A stretch of DNA of 64,000 nt from the human T2T-CHM13v2.0 reference genome, Homo sapiens. Of the stretch, positions 28,846 to 44,959 are shown one piece after another. Every line of letters begins with the position of its first letter. Position 1 is the stretch's first letter. Under the pieces are notes generated by a model. That model did no database searches and had not been told where the DNA came from. It saw only the letters and a list, made by a program, of their open reading frames with translations. The DNA lies in the NCBI RefSeq assembly GCF_009914755.1, contig NC_060937.1, one strand, 5' to 3'. Both the position numbers and the translations under genes were made by a program.

Positions 28846-31800
28846 ACAATAGCTTTTGGGGACAAGTGGTTTTTGGTTACAGAGTGGTAAAGTCTGAGAT
28901 TTTGGTGCCCATGTCACCCAAGTAGTGTACATTGTACCCAATATGTAGTGTTTTATCCCTCACCCACCTCCTACTATACCCCTTAGTTGTCTCCAATGTC
29001 CATTATACCACTCTGTATGCATACCCATGGCGTAGCTACCACTTAAAAGTGAGAATATATGATATTTGGTTTTCCATTCCTGAGTTACTTCACTTAGAAT
29101 AATGGCCTGCAGCTCCAGTTGGAGTTGCTGCAAATGACATTATTTCATTCTTTTTAGGGCTGAGTATTATGTCATGGTGTATGTTTACCACATTTCTTTA
29201 TCCACTCATTGGTTGAGGAGCACTTAGGTTGGTTCTGTATCTTTGTAATTGTGAATTGTACTGCAATAAACATATACATGCAGGTGTATTTTTGATACAA
29301 TGACTTTTTTAATTTGAGTAGATAACCAGTAGTGGGATTGATGGACTGAATGCTAGATCTGCTTTTAGTTATTTCAAAAATCTCCATAATGCTTTACATA
29401 AAGGATGTACTAATTTACATTCCCACCAGCAATGTATAAGCATGCCCTTTTCACCACATTCATGCCAAAATCTGTTTTTTTTCTTTTGACTTTTTAATAA
29501 TACCTATTATGCTGGGAAAAGATGGTATCTCACTGTGGTTTTAATTTGCATTTCTTTGATGATTGGTGATGTTAAGAATTTTTTATATGTTTGTTGGTCA
29601 TTTGTATATCTTCTTTTGAGAAATGTCTATTCATGTCATTTTTTTTCACTTTCTGATGGGATTATTTTTTCTTGCTGATTTGTTTTCCTTGTTAATTCTA
29701 GATATTAATTATTTGCTAGATGCATACTTTGTAAATATTTTCTTCTATTCTCTGAGTTATCTGTTTACTGTGATGATTATTTCTTTTGCTGTGAAGGTTT
29801 TTAGTTTAATTATGTCCTTTTTATTTATTTTTGTTTTTGTTGCATTTACTTTTGGAGTCTTAGTCATAAAGTTTTGGCTTAGGTAAATGTCCAGATGTGT
29901 TTTTCTTAGTTTTTTTTCTAGAATTTTTATGGTTTTGGGTTTTATATTTAAGTCTGATCCATCTTCTAATTTTTGTGGATGGTGAGAAAGAGTGATCCAG
30001 TTTCATTCTTCTACATGTGGCTATCCTGTTTTCCCTGCATCATTTATTGAATAGGGTGTCCTTTCCTATTTATGTTTTTGAATGCTTTGTGGAAGTTCAG
30101 TTGGTTGTATACATTTGGCTTTATTTCTGGTTTCTCTATTCCTTTCCTTTGGTTTATTTATCTACCTTTATACCAGTACCATGCATGCTGTTTTGATTAC
30201 TAAAACCTTGTATTATAACTTGAAGTCTCTTAACACTATGCCTCCAGATTTGTTCTTTTTGCTTAGAGTTGCTTTTGTAATTCAAGCTCATTTCTGGTTT
30301 CATAAGAATTTAGAATTGCTTTCTCTAATTCTATGAAAAACGATGTCAGTATTTTGATAGGAATTGCATTGGATCTGTAGATTGCTTTTAGCAGTAAGGT
30401 CATTTTCACAAATATGATTCTTCCTATCCATGAGCATGGGATGTATTTCCATTTGTTTATATCATCTCTAATTTATTTCAGCAGTTTTTGTAGCTCTCCT
30501 TATGGAGATCTTTCACTTATTTGGTTAAGTGTATTTCAATTTTTTTTCTGCTGCTATTGTAAAAGAAATTGAGTTCTTGATTTGATTCTCAGCTTGATCA
30601 TTGTTGGTGCTATGCAGTAGTACTAATTTGTGTACATTCATTTTGTAACCTAAGATTTTATGAATTCATTCATCAAATAGAAGAGTCTTTTGGTGGAATT
30701 CTTAGGCTTATCTAAGTATATGCTTAAATCATCAGCAAACAGAGATAATTTGACTTCCTCTTTTCCAGTTCGGATGCCCTTTATTTCTTCCTCTTGCTTG
30801 ATTGCTCTGGGTAGGACTTCTAGTACTATGTTAAGTAGAAGTGGTGAAAATGGGCATCCTTAACTTGTTCTAGCCCTCAGTGGGAATACTTTCAACTTTT
30901 CCCCATTCAATATGATGATGGCCATGGGTTTGTCATATATAGCTTTTATTATTTTGAGATATGTTTATTCTATGTCTAGTTTGTTTAGGGTTTTTATCAT
31001 AAAGCAATGCTGGATTTTACTGAATGTTTTTATGCATCTATTGAGATGATCATATGTATTTGGTTTTTAATTCTGTTTATGAAATACATCACATTTATTA
31101 CCTTGTGTATGTTGAGTCATCCTTGCATCCCTGGGATGAGACTCACTTGATTATAGTGAATTGTCTTTTTGATATGCTTTTGGATTTGATTTGCCAGTAT
31201 CTGTTAAGAATTTTTGCATATGTCTTTATCAGAGATGTTCATTTGTAGTTTTCTTTTTTTATGATATGCCTTTTTCTGGTTTTGGTATCAGGGTGATACT
31301 GGCTTCATAGAATGAGTTAAGGAGGATTCCCTTTTTCTCAGTCTTTTAGAGTAGTTTCAGTAGGCTTGGTACCAATTCTTCTTTGAATGTCTGGTAGAAT
31401 TTGGCTGTGATCTGTCTGGGTTTTTTAGTCAGCATTTTTTTTTCTTACTTATACAATCTCACTGCTTGTTATTGGTCTGTAAGGATACCTATTTCTTCCT
31501 GGTTTAAGCTAGTAGGGTTGTATGTTTCCCGGAATCTATCTATTTTCTTTACTTTTATTTTTATGTGCATAGAGGTTACATAGTAGTCTCAAATGATCTT
31601 TTATATTTCTGTGATATTGGTTAAAATGTTTCCATTTTCATTTCTAATTGAGCTAATTTAAACTTCTATCTTCTTAATTGTTCTAATGTTCTAACTAATT
31701 GTTAGAACAGTTGTTAATTGTTCTAACAATCTTAATTGTTCTAACTAATGATCTATTTTATTTCTATTTTCAAATAACCAAATTTTGTTTCATTAAACTT

Positions 31801-34800
31801 TTGTATTTTTATTTCAATTTCATTTAGTTCTGCTTTAATCTTTCTTTTCTTCTCCTGGCTTTAAGTATGATTTGTTGTTTCTATAGTTTCTTGAGGTATG
31901 ACATTATGTTGTGAATTTGTAATTTTTCAGACTTTTTTATGTAGGTGTTCAGTGCTAGAAACTTTCCTTTTAGCATTGTTTTTGCTATGTCCCAGAGGTT
32001 TTGATAACTTGTGTCACTATAATCATCCATTTAAAGAATTTTTTAATTTATTTCTTCATTTCATTGTTAACCCAATAATCATTAAGAAGCAGATTGTTCA
32101 ATTTCCAGGTAATTATATAGTTTTAAGGGTTCCTTTTGGAGCTCATTTCTAGTTTTATTTCACTGTGACCTGAGAAGATACTTTATATAATTTTGACTTT
32201 TTAAAATTTATTGAGATTTGTTTTTGTGGCCTATCCTATGGTCTGTCTTGGAGGCTGTTCTATGTGTTGATGAGAAGAATGTGAATTCTGCAGTTTTTGG
32301 GTACAATGTTCTGTAAACATCTGTTAGGTCCATTTCTTCTGGACTGCAACTTAAGTCCAGTGCTTTTTGTTGTTGTTGACTTCCTGCTTCAGTGATCTGT
32401 CTAGTGCTGTCAGTGGAGTGTTAGAGTTCCTCACTATTATTGTGTTGCTGTCTATTCCTTTTCTTAGGTCTAGTAGTAATTGTTTTATAAATGTAGGAGC
32501 TCCAGTGTCATGTGCATACTTATGTAGAATTATTATATTTTGTTGAATTAATTATTTAATTATTATGTAATGACTTTCTTTGTTTTTTTTTTACTATTGT
32601 TGCTTTAAAGTCTACTTTATCTGATATAACTACACCTGCTTGCTTTTGGTTTCCATTTGCATTGAATATCTTTCTCCACCCCCTTACCTTGAATCTATGA
32701 GAATCTTTGTATGTTAGGTGAGTTTCTTGAAGACAGCAGATATTTGATTTGTGATTTTTTTTAAATCAACTCTGCCATTCTGTATCTTTTAAGTGGAGTA
32801 TATAGACCATTTACAGCCAATGTCAATTATGAGACATGAAGTGGAGTTCCAGTCAGTATGTTGTTACCTAGAAATTTTAGGTTTTTTTTTCACTTTGTTA
32901 TTGCTTTATAGGCTCTATAAGTTTTATACTTTCAAGACGTCTATTCTGATGCAGCTCAACCTTTTGTTTCAAGATTTAGCATTTCTTGTAGGACTGGTCT
33001 GATAGGGACAGATTCCCTCAGCATTTGCTTGTCTGAGGAAGACATTATTTCTCTTTCATTTATGAGACTCAGTTTTGCTGGATACAAAATTTTTGACTAA
33101 TAGTTATTTTGTCTAAGGATATTAAAGATAAGCCTAAAGATAGAGTGAACTTCTGGGCTGTAAGATTTCTGCTGAGAAGTCTGCTGTTAGTCTAATAGGT
33201 TTTCCTTTATAGGTTACTTGATACTTTTGTCTCACTATTCTTAGAATTCATTTCTTCATGTTGACTTTAGATAGCCTGATTACTATATGGCTTTGTAATG
33301 TCAGTTTTGCAGTGAACCTCCCCAGAGCTCATGGAGTTTCTTGTATTTGGACATCTAAATATCTAGCAAGGCTAGCAAAGTTTTCTTCAATTATGCCCTC
33401 AAATAAGTATTCTAAAGGTTTTGCTGTTTCTTCTCCCTCGAGAACAGCAATTGCTATATTTGGCCATTTTACATAATCACCTATTTCTAAGAGACTTTGC
33501 TTATTTCTTTGAATTCTTTTTCTGGCATTTCAAAGATTTCATCTTGGTTGGGATCCATTGCTGGGGACTTAGTGTGTTCTTTTTGAGGTGTTATAGAACC
33601 CTATTTTGTCCTATTGCCAGAATTATTTTTCTGGTTTCTTCTCATTTGGGTAGAGTATATCTTCTAATTACTTTTGAGACTATGTCTTCTAATTATTTTT
33701 GAATTTATTTTTTGACTTGACTGTGATTTTTCACTTTTTTTTTCACTTTGAGGATGTGACTTTAATGTTTATAGTTTATTGTAACCTAATTCAGCTCTGC
33801 GTGCTTTCAGGGGTGAAGACTGTATAAGTTCCCTGGTTATTTAAAATCTTTGTATGGTGGCTTTCTCAGATGCTAGTTGTGGTAACATTATGCTCAGTGT
33901 GTGTGTGTGGAGGTTCACTGTTTCCTGTGGGGTAGCAATGGCAGAGGTCTCATGAAGCTTATCTAGTTCCCAAGTTGTGTGCACTTTTTTGCCTTTTTTT
34001 TTCTCCCAGTGTTTTCTTTACCTGGTTGAATAATTCAGATTTCAGGCCAGTAGGGGTGGTGTCCCTGAGTGAAAACCAGCAGATTGGTAAATGCAATACC
34101 CAATGGTGGGAAGAAGTCCAAGCCTTGACCGAGGCATCTGTGGGAGCTCTTAGTGAAATGCACCGAGGTCTTTTCACGGGGAAGGGAGGGAGCCACTTCA
34201 GCTCCCTTGCCAGGCCCCCAGGAAAGCAGGTCACACTCCTAAATACAGTTCTAGCTATTCAGATTAGCAGGCCCTTTTTATTTGCAGGAATTCTGACGTT
34301 CCAAGTAGAGAGAGATTGTGATTCTATGCCTTATGCAAATCTGAATCTGGAGGGGACTCCTCCTCTGGGGATGCAGTTAACTTGAGGTGTTCCAGAAAGG
34401 CTATCTACAGGTCCACTCATGCTAAATTCCCATAAGAGAAGTACCAGCTGTGTCTGCAGCAGTGAATGAGGGGGGAAAGTCTTTTTCTTCAAGACCGTTC
34501 TGCAGATTTTCCCAAGTACAGCACTGTACCTGTGCCTCTACTGAAAGAAACTTTCCACAGGTCGGATGTTCTGGACTCAAGGCCTGCCATCTAGATTCTT
34601 TTTTCCATGGGGTGTGCCACTGATGTGCACTCCCCCTTATCCTAAGAGTAGGAGTCCCTGAGGGCCAGACTAGTATGAATGCTGCTACTTCTCTGGCTCT
34701 AGCCACCTAGTGGGACTGCCACACTCCAGGTTGGTGCTGGGGAATGTCTACAAGGGGTCCAGTAATGTGACCTGTTCTCAAGGCTCCGTAGTGAGTAGCA

Positions 34801-36196
34801 ACAACAGCTCTCATGGGGGTGACAGGAGAATGACATAGACTCTGTGAGATTTCTTGATTATAAGTAGTCTTGGTGCATTGGTTTTTCTGTAATGCCACCT
34901 GTAGTAGTAATGAACTGGTCACATGGACAGACTCAGGACCTCCTAGTTAGCCAAGGTTATATAGGCAAAGGTGATAGCTTAGGTCACACACAAGTTTTCT
35001 CTTTCCTGTGCACTGTTAGTGTGCCTGCAGATGCTGTAATGGATTGTGTCAGTAGGCTTCCAGCCACAAGGTGGCACTTGAAAAAGAGCACCAGCTGGTA
35101 GCAGTGGGATTTGTGCTTGCCTTATGTTACCCAGGGGAGGTAATCTGATGACTCAGGCAATGGGCAGGGCCATTGAGCTCTCAAAATTTTCTATTCTTTG
35201 TGTTAAGCTACCAGGGCAGATGGAGGGGCAAAGCCAGCTGGGGGCTGAATCAGGCAAGTTCACATTCTGGCTCTCTTTTGTCTGCCATGTGTGGGCAAAA
35301 GCAGTGTCCCAAGTGGGGATCAGATAGTGGTCCTCTGGCTGTAGGAGTAATGTTGCAGGGAGTACCACAGCTGCCTCTGCTGCAGAGAAGCATCTGTATG
35401 AGGAATAGGGAGCAGCAGGCAGCAGTTAGCCCCACTCAGCTCCCACACACTTGGCAAAGCAAGTCTTGCACCTGCAGCCTCCCACTCACAGCAGCTTGGT
35501 TCCAAGCAGTCAACACTCAGAACTCAACACTGCCCAAGTCCATAAGACTTCCCAGAAGAGACTGCAACCATGGCTTCCAGGTCACACCTCTCCTAGTCGG
35601 CCCATGAAGCAGGGGCACCCAGCTCTTGCACCTATGGCTGCAGCACATTTCCCATCTGCCCCATGGTTCTGACCAAGGGGGTTTGTCTCCACTCGAGATT
35701 ATATCACGAATCTCAGTTGAGAGCTTCTCTCAACCTGTGACCACTGCCTGAGTTACCTGGCTGACTTCTGTGAGGTCCCCTGTGAGGTAGGATCAGGGAT
35801 GGCTTTCCTCTGTCCTGCTGGGCATGCACACTAAGCCCGTCCCCATGCTGCTACTTCTCATATATGCCCCACTGCTCACTAAATCAGCTCCAGTGCTGGG
35901 TGGGATTAAGGCCTTTCCCTGTGGCCTGGATTGCTTGGTTCCCCAGTAGGAGTATATGTCCTAGAGGCAGTTTACCCCTATCTGACATTCTAGGGACTTA
36001 TAGTTTTCCTCCTGGCTCATGATGTGGACAGCAACCTGACACTTCTTTCAAAAGTTCTGTGCTTTCTTTCAGTTTTTTCCTGTTAATTTTCTGTGTTGCT
36101 TCTTGGAAAAAATTTACAATGTGAATCTCCACACACAATTCTGTCTTTCCAAATAGGAGAGGCATGCTAACAATGACTCTAATCTGCCATTTTGAG
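28846..36196 (-). mobile_element. Near full-length L1PB (L1PB2-like 3' end, long L1PBa-type 5' UTR); ORFs disrupted
   Basis: 3' end caatagcttttggggacaagtggtttttggttac; continuous antisense ORF2 (ORF 29172-29387 gives KIQNQPKCSSTNEWIKK), ORF1 and a GC-richer 5' UTR ending ctctaatctgccattttg. Confidence 0.92.
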
Positions 36197-38989
36197 AAAA
36201 AAAAATACTGGAGGTCTTTATTATTTTTTTAATACTATAGCCCATTCTGAGTTTTCATTACAACCTCCACTCTAGTATTGTAACTACTTTTCACAAACCC
36301 TTATCTTTGGTAGCTGGATTTAATTCATTAATTTTAAAATTTTGATAAAAATTATGACTTAATTATATTATTATGTATTTTCATTTGATTATCTAGGTTT
36401 ATGAAACTGACTAAACTAATAATTATTTGATAATATGATTATATTCTGCCAATTCACTCTACATGTTCCTTGGATATGTTAATAAACAATAGAAACAAGT
36501 CCAACTAAAATACATCACTTATTCTGACTCTTGTTTTGAAAAATAAAACCTGACAAATCAAATAAAAGTAAATGAATTATTATTCAGACATCCACTTATG
36601 GTTTGGGTATATATTTTGACAGTCCATGAGAAAAATTCCTCCAAGGGTCTTCACTTCCAGACATAAAATCACTTTGTTGTTTTTCTAAAAGCTATTTTTA
36701 AAAAAATCAGCATCTTTTTAAATTCTCCCATCTATAAGTTGGCAAAAATATCTGTTGAGGTTTGTAAGCAACTTTAACATTTTAAATAATAAATGTAATA
36801 TTTAGGGACAATTTAATTTAGTGACTCAAGGCATCTAATATTTGGTATCAGTATATGAATATTAACAAACATTTAGCCCTTTTATTTATAGTATTTTTTA
36901 TAGTAAAACAATTTCTACTTTCTATTATGCTTCTTGTTCTGTGATAGTTTACTATTTCTGAAACTTTATTTTTTACAAAATTTCAAGTTGAGTCTAAAAA
37001 AATTATATTTTGTTGTTTTGAAAAATACATAGCCTAAAACTTTACATGCTAACAGTTGAGTTTTATCAGTGTTATTTTTACTAAACCTAATCACTATAAA
37101 ATAGCTATATCTTGTGTATGTTAAAAATGTGAAATAAGATGAGAATGTATTTGCTATACAATTAATTAAATTATATGAATTAGTAGCAACTATTAAGATG
37201 CTTTGAATATTCCCTTAGGTGGACGAGAACATGTGAGCAAGTACTAGCACAGTGGTAGATGCTTTGTAAATTGCTCTTACTTTCCTAATGATTGACAGGC
37301 TAATAGCTAAATAACTAAGATATTATAAGCACTTTCTTAGAATTTAGAGATCCACTTAAAAGACAGGTTTTCATTAGGAATTTCTGTACTTTATTTCACA
37401 TTTCCATAAAAAAAATCCTCATTGCAAGAACCACTGCACCTATTATATGAAAAAACTCAAGAGAAAACAATCAGGTGACCATTACCTCTAAAACATCTGA
37501 TTTGATTTAGTTATCCTATAGGAATCAAGTATCAGGCTTTACAAGATCCTCTTTTTTCAATGTTGTTTTACTGACTAAAACAATGTTTAACATGACTAAT
37601 TCACGTTTCTTTTTGTGATTTATTTTTACTTGATCTAATTTCTAAAGTGATCTTTATGAGGTGTCTTGCCTAAAAATTTGCCTATACTTATAAATGCATT
37701 TTCACTTACTACAATCTCATTTTTTACTGTACTATAGATGTACAGTTAGTTGAATGCATACATAATAATTTTGAGAATATATGAGGTTTTACATAAGAAG
37801 AATCATATTGAAGTGGTTATCTAGCATATCTAAAGAGGAAACAACAGAGAAGCAAGCTGGAAACAATATGTAGACATCAGTAATTATTTTAATTTCACAA
37901 GACAAACATTTATCAATCCTGTATTCAAAACCTACATATATGCTACTTAGGATGCAGAAATAGCTATGTATATTCATTGCCACCAAGTCATTTATGATCC
38001 AATTGAAGGGCAAATACAAACACAATGAAGTTTCTTTGTGTAGCAATTACACAAATAAAACTTTATAAGCTTGCCAAGAAAAGCAAGAACGAAGAAAGGA
38101 AAGAAGGAAGAAAAACAAATAGCAAAACAGAGCAATATTTAAATGTGGTTATGATTCAGCCAACCATTACATTTAATGATAATGTGCCTGTTTGGGAAAG
38201 AAAATAGAAGAATTAACTGAATGCCAAGGGGAGGGGGAAGGAACACAAGAAAAAATCAAAACAAAATAAAACTGTGAAAGATAATTAATGGGAATAGAAA
38301 AATTATGTACAAAAAGCATTTTATTTGGAGAGTAATTTAGGAGATCTTTAGGAATATATTGGCTATATTCAAGTTCCTATACTTAAGTGCTACACAATAA
38401 TAATTAAAGGTACCAGATTTAGTAAAGGGATTTTGCACCATGAATTTTTTTTTCCTGTAAAGATACAAATATATCTCCTTAGTAGAACAGATAACCTCAC
38501 AGATTTATGACACTGTTATATATCAATCTATATTTATTTATTTAACCAAGCAATCTTAATGTTATTTTGCTAAATTGCTTCTAAATGTCCCAGTTTCTCA
38601 GATTCCCTTTGTGTCATTTAAAACATCTATTTGTTATTTATTAATTCAAGTTAATACCTTTAAAACCTATTCATTTTATATTTGTCTGAGAGCTATGATT
38701 TTAAGCTTCTAAAAATTATATTTTAATAGAAATCAGGGACTAGTTACCTTTAATCTGGGGGAGATACTACGTATTTTAAAGCCTGAAGTCAATGTCTAGA
38801 CAAAAGTTTCTGCTTAACATCAAAGGGTATGCAACATTTGCTGTGGCTCTCAAATATTAAGAAAGGAAAACATAACTGGGAATTTGTCACTAGCACTTTA
38901 TTCTTTACTCAGGATTGAAGTAGAATTTTATAACACCAATATTTTTTAGAAACTTTAAACATTAGAAATAAAATAAAAACTAGCCCAAT

Positions 38990-40210
<1,221 letters not shown>

Positions 40211-40416
40211 AATTATTTAAAAATGTGAGGTCAGGAGTCCAGTCCCACCTGGGTAACAAAGTGAGGCATGAGTTACAATTAAAATACTAGAAAAGTATTG
40301 ACCATTTCAATTAAATGTTTCTTTCAAATCACTAATTATTTTCATGTTCCAAAATATAAAGGTTAATTTTTTATTCTCATTTTATTGATCTATCAGTAGT
40401 CTCTTTTTCTTTAATT

Positions 40417-40462
40417 AAAAAACAAACAAACAAAAACACATAAACAAACAAACAAACAAAAC
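40417..40462. repeat. (AAAC)n microsatellite
   Basis: aaacaaacaaacaaaaacacataaacaaacaaacaaacaaaa. Confidence 0.8.
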
Positions 40463-40469
40463 CAGTTTT

Positions 40470-41705
40470 TTTCTTTGGCTTCCAGAACACGTCCTCTTGG
40501 CTTTCTTCTTATGTCTTTGTATGCTATTTCTTAGTCTTTGGAACACTTCTGTGTCCACCCCCACTCCCTTGATGAGTTGTCACAGAGCCATGGTTTACAA
40601 TATTGTTTATGCTAAGAACTTGCAAATTTGTACCTCTACCTCTTACTTCTCTTCTAAATGCCAGGCTCTTACATCCAACTTCTTATGCTGTCTTCTTTTG
40701 AGAAGCTAATAAATATCTCAACTTTGAAATGCACATTCTCACCAACGACCATTTGTCTCAGAGCAAAAATCTTAGAGTCAATCCTGCTTATTTTCTTTGT
40801 CAAGAATTGCACATCCAACCTTTCAGCGAGTCTTGCTGCTTGCTCTACCTTCAGAATCTATCCAAAGTTAGTCACTCTCTTAGTCTCTCCCAGAAACAGA
40901 TCCCAGTAAAAACATTCAATCAGAAGTAATTTGGGATGTAGAGAAAAACTGTATTCTTTTTCTTCCCTCAGCCTTTTGATGTGTTTATTTCAATGCTATT
41001 TTTACAATGTTACTTACTGAATACATTAATTAAAATTGTAATCTGCCACTATTACTGTGTATCCTGCCTTACTTTATTTTCTTCACAAAATATATAACTT
41101 TTCAACACCTGTCTATATTTTATTTCTTTTGTGTCATCCTATATCTGACTGTAATCTTTACAAAGGCAAGGATTTTTTTCTTTAATATCCTAAATGTAGA
41201 TGTTTGTCTCTAGTAGATTCAATGGTGCCTCCCAAAATATGATAAATATGCACATATCTTTCCATATGCTAGCCCACAGAAACTGTAGATGTGACCTAAT
41301 TTTTTTGTATATATTAATAAGGATCTTGAGATGACATCATACTGGATGATCCTAGTGCACCCTAAATCCAATAAGTGTTCTTATGAAAGACAGAAGAGGA
41401 GAAGATACAGAAAATAGAAGGCTATTTGAGGATGGAAGCAGAGCTTGGAGTTATGCAGCTACAAACCAAAGAATGCCTTGAGCCACCAGCAGCTGAAAGA
41501 GGTAAAGTAGGATCCACCCATAAACACTTGAGAAGGAAAGTGGGCCTACCTATACCTTGATTTCAGATTTCTGCCCTACAGAACTGTAAGAGAATATATT
41601 TCTGTTGCTTTAAACATTTACGTTTGTGGTAATTTGTTATAACAGATCCAGCAAACTCATATACTGGCACTGAGCAGATATTCAATAAGAATTGATTATG
41701 AATTA
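40470..41705 (+). mobile_element. L2a fragments with an MLT1C inserted near the 3' end
   Basis: ttggcttccagaacac, aaaaatcttagagtca, ctctaccttcagaatctatcc; tail tggcactgagcagatattcaataa after the LTR. Confidence 0.7.
41208..41664 (+). mobile_element. MLT1C MaLR solo LTR
   Basis: ggatcttgagatga, ccctaaatccaat, ccttgatttcagatttctg, agaactgtaagagaat, tttgtggtaatttgtta. Confidence 0.85.
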
Positions 41706-41709
41706 TAGT

Positions 41710-42665
41710 CATTATGATAGTGTGGCATTGACTCAGAGATGAACAATTTGTTCACTGGACTATAGCAGGAAATTCAAAAATTCATGGACGACTTTTGATA
41801 TTTTACATATGAATTGTCATGTCACCCAGAAAAATGAATAACTATTCATAACATAGCAGTGATGCATTTGATTAACATATAGAAAAATTGTAAATTGTAT
41901 TCTAACATCACATTAACTTCAAATGTGAAAGATATCTTGTATCACTTTTAAAGAAAATATAAAATATATTTTATTTAGTAAAATTGAATTTGTAGAATGA
42001 TGACTTTTTTTTTTACTTTACTGCTTAATACTTGAGAAATTTTCCTCTTTGATGAGGCTGTTAGAAAACAGGAACTCTAACAATTATATAGTGGGAAGAT
42101 AAATTCATACAACGACTTTGGAAAGCTACTTGACAATGTAAGGATGAAAGTGCCCAAAGTTGTAAAATTTCCCTGCTCTATGTCTATCCTATGAAAATTC
42201 TAATATATATAAACAACAAAACCATAAATATTTATTGTAGCTTTGTTTTTAACATTTACAATGGTAAATATAAAAATACCAACATTTCCTGATATGAAAA
42301 TTGATAGCTTTATATTATATATATAATGAAATCCCATATAGAAATTAAACAAAAACGGATACCCAAGTATCAGCTGCAATGGTTCTCAAAAATATCATAG
42401 TGAGATTATAAAGCATGTGTTGAAATAATACAGATAAAACAATAACATCTTATTTAAATTTGAAGATACAAACACTACCGTATGCGTTATAAAATATTCT
42501 ATACACAGACCTGTACTTAAAAATAGAGAAATATACAAGGGGATGCTAAACAATTTTAGCCTGTAGTTATCCCTTGTAGAATTTCTTATAATCTTGTTTC
42601 TGGTTATGTTGCTGTATCAATTATTTTTCATGTTTGGGTATGTGTGAAATATTTCATAAAAGGAA
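41710..42665 (+). mobile_element. L1ME ORF2 end and 3' UTR fragment
   Basis: gaaaacaggaactct, catacaacgactttggaaagc, tatttattgtagctttgttt, tgaaatatttcataa. Confidence 0.6.
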
Positions 42666-44309
42666 GTTGGACGTTTTAATAATACATTGACTTTAACAGG
42701 AGGAAGAACAGGTGATTGGGGTATTTTGTTGTATACCAACACATGACTGAAATAATCATCTATTCTAATTCTGTTCAGTTCAGTGGAAAGTCTTTGAAGG
42801 TTTTTTAACAGAGTTGCAGTTTGTCATATCTTTGAGAACATTGTGTTAGATTAAGTGGAACAGAAATGCTTAGAGGGAAGGAGATTAAAATAATGTGTTG
42901 TATGGATATTTGAGGTGACATACAATAGAACTGGAAAATAGAGAAACTTCATGAAAAATAGTATAAAAAGAGACATAAATGACTTACCAATTGACTCTGC
43001 TGTGTTTGATAGATGGGAATTGTAGTCGTAACATTGGATGAAATAGGAAAGACAGACTAGTAGAGCTCTTTGGAGGCAAGTTCTATAAGTTCTTTTTACA
43101 TTTTGAGTGGAAGTTTTCACTTTTAAATGAAATGCATATGGATAAAAAATAAAGGTAAATATAGTTATTATGAAATTGTCAACATAAAATGAGAGTTGAT
43201 GCATAAAAATGAACAGACTGGAAAAAGGGAACTTTTTAAATATAAAAAAAATTGCCTCTTTTCTGATAGTATTCTTTCTTCTTAAACTTCATGATTATTC
43301 CTGGAAATTAAAGTGAAAAAAACTATCATAAAACTATGACTCTATCATACTGTAACATTTCAGGGCCCACATTATTATACCTCCTCTCTCCATCTTGCAT
43401 GACTGTTTAAAATGGTTCTGTTTGATACACTGACACTCAATTTCTTTTTATATGGAATGTAATTTGGGAGATTCTCTAAACAATCTGTATAATGGCAGAC
43501 ATGGAGTACAACTGAAATTAGAAATATTCTGTTGTAGTTTCCATTCTTTCTTAAAGGTTTTAACATTTTGTTATGAACATGACAAGCCTTATTTTTTTTT
43601 CCACACATAGAAGGAACACGAATTATAAATAGAACAAAACACTGTGAAATACTGCAAATGTAGAATAATTATTTGATCTCATGCACACACCTCGGTAATT
43701 TAAATTAAATTCTATAAGTTAATGACTAAATATTTTAAAATTAACTACTTTAAATTAAGATGTATTTAGAAATAATTTTAATGTTATTGAAATTTTTTTA
43801 AAAAACCTATTGTAACATAAGAAATCATGATATAATGCAAATACTACATATTTTCAGAAAATTCGGTAATGAATATCAACTCCCAAAAAACCATCTTAGT
43901 CATTGCATAAAATTCTACAAATGATATCTGATTTTAATTTAGAGGAAAGTACATGAACTGAAAGTCCCAACTGAATAAATGCTTAAAAAAGGATGATTTA
44001 AAAAAAATTAAAGGTAACATTTATTAATTAAAATAATTCTGATAGAAAATCCTAACAATGTACATTATTGTCTAGATTTATAATTCCGTAAATTAAATAT
44101 ACATCCCCCTGCAAGTGGCAATACTTCAAAAATTAATTCTAGTTTACAATTTAGTATAAAATAATGTATTAAAAGTGTCCCTGAAAGATGGAGTTTAATG
44201 GAGAAAAATGAGGAATATTATGAGTATCAGGACATGGAGAAGAGTAAAAAGTCAATATTGTGGGACAAATTAAATGACATAAAAAATCACCTTTTTTCAT
44301 TTGATATAA

Positions 44310-44892
44310 TGTAATGGTTATAAAATATCTTCTCAAGAGTTCTTCAACTGTCATTTCATTGAGATGTGGGGACTGGGGTCTCTGACCTTGAATCTGGGGG
44401 GACTTTTAACTTCTTTGACTAAGAGAATACAAAAAAAAGCAATGCTGTGTAACTTTTGAGACCTGGCCTAAATCGACAATCTGACTTCTGCTCACTTTTT
44501 TTCAGAATCCTCCATCTCAGGAGGGCCCCAGTATTGCCAGGCTGGGAGAAACCCAAACCATGAGGATAGACCATGAATAGGAGTTCTGGTTGACAATCCC
44601 AGTTCATTCCTAGCTTCAAATACACAAGGCCAAGTGCCAGATATGGGCATAAAAAGCAATTTGGAAGTGGACACTCCAGTCCCAGCTGTCCTAGCCCTCA
44701 GCTATTTGAGTTGCATTCAGACATGTAAATCTTCCCAGCTGAGGCCTCATCATTGAGGTGCAGAAAAGGGGCATGCCCACTGTGCCTGTTTCTAAATTCC
44801 TGACCCACAGAACCTGTGAGCATAATACAAGTTTACTATTTTATACCAGTAAGTTTGGGGTATAGTATTATGCAACAATACAAGCTGATGCA
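44310..44892 (+). mobile_element. MLT1G/H MaLR solo LTR
   Basis: ccttgaatctggg, tcttcccagctgaggcc, aattcctgacccacagaacctgtgagcataat, taagtttgggg. Confidence 0.82.
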
Positions 44893-44959
44893 CAAAAAAT
44901 ATCTTCTTTGTTGCATAAACTCTATATAAACTGGCATATGCTTAGTTCTTAAACCTCTC

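Noticed and set aside
33959-35672. Cluster of longer ORFs (up to 144 aa)
   Set aside because: They lie in the GC-richer L1PB 5' UTR, where stop codons are rarer; no domain similarity.
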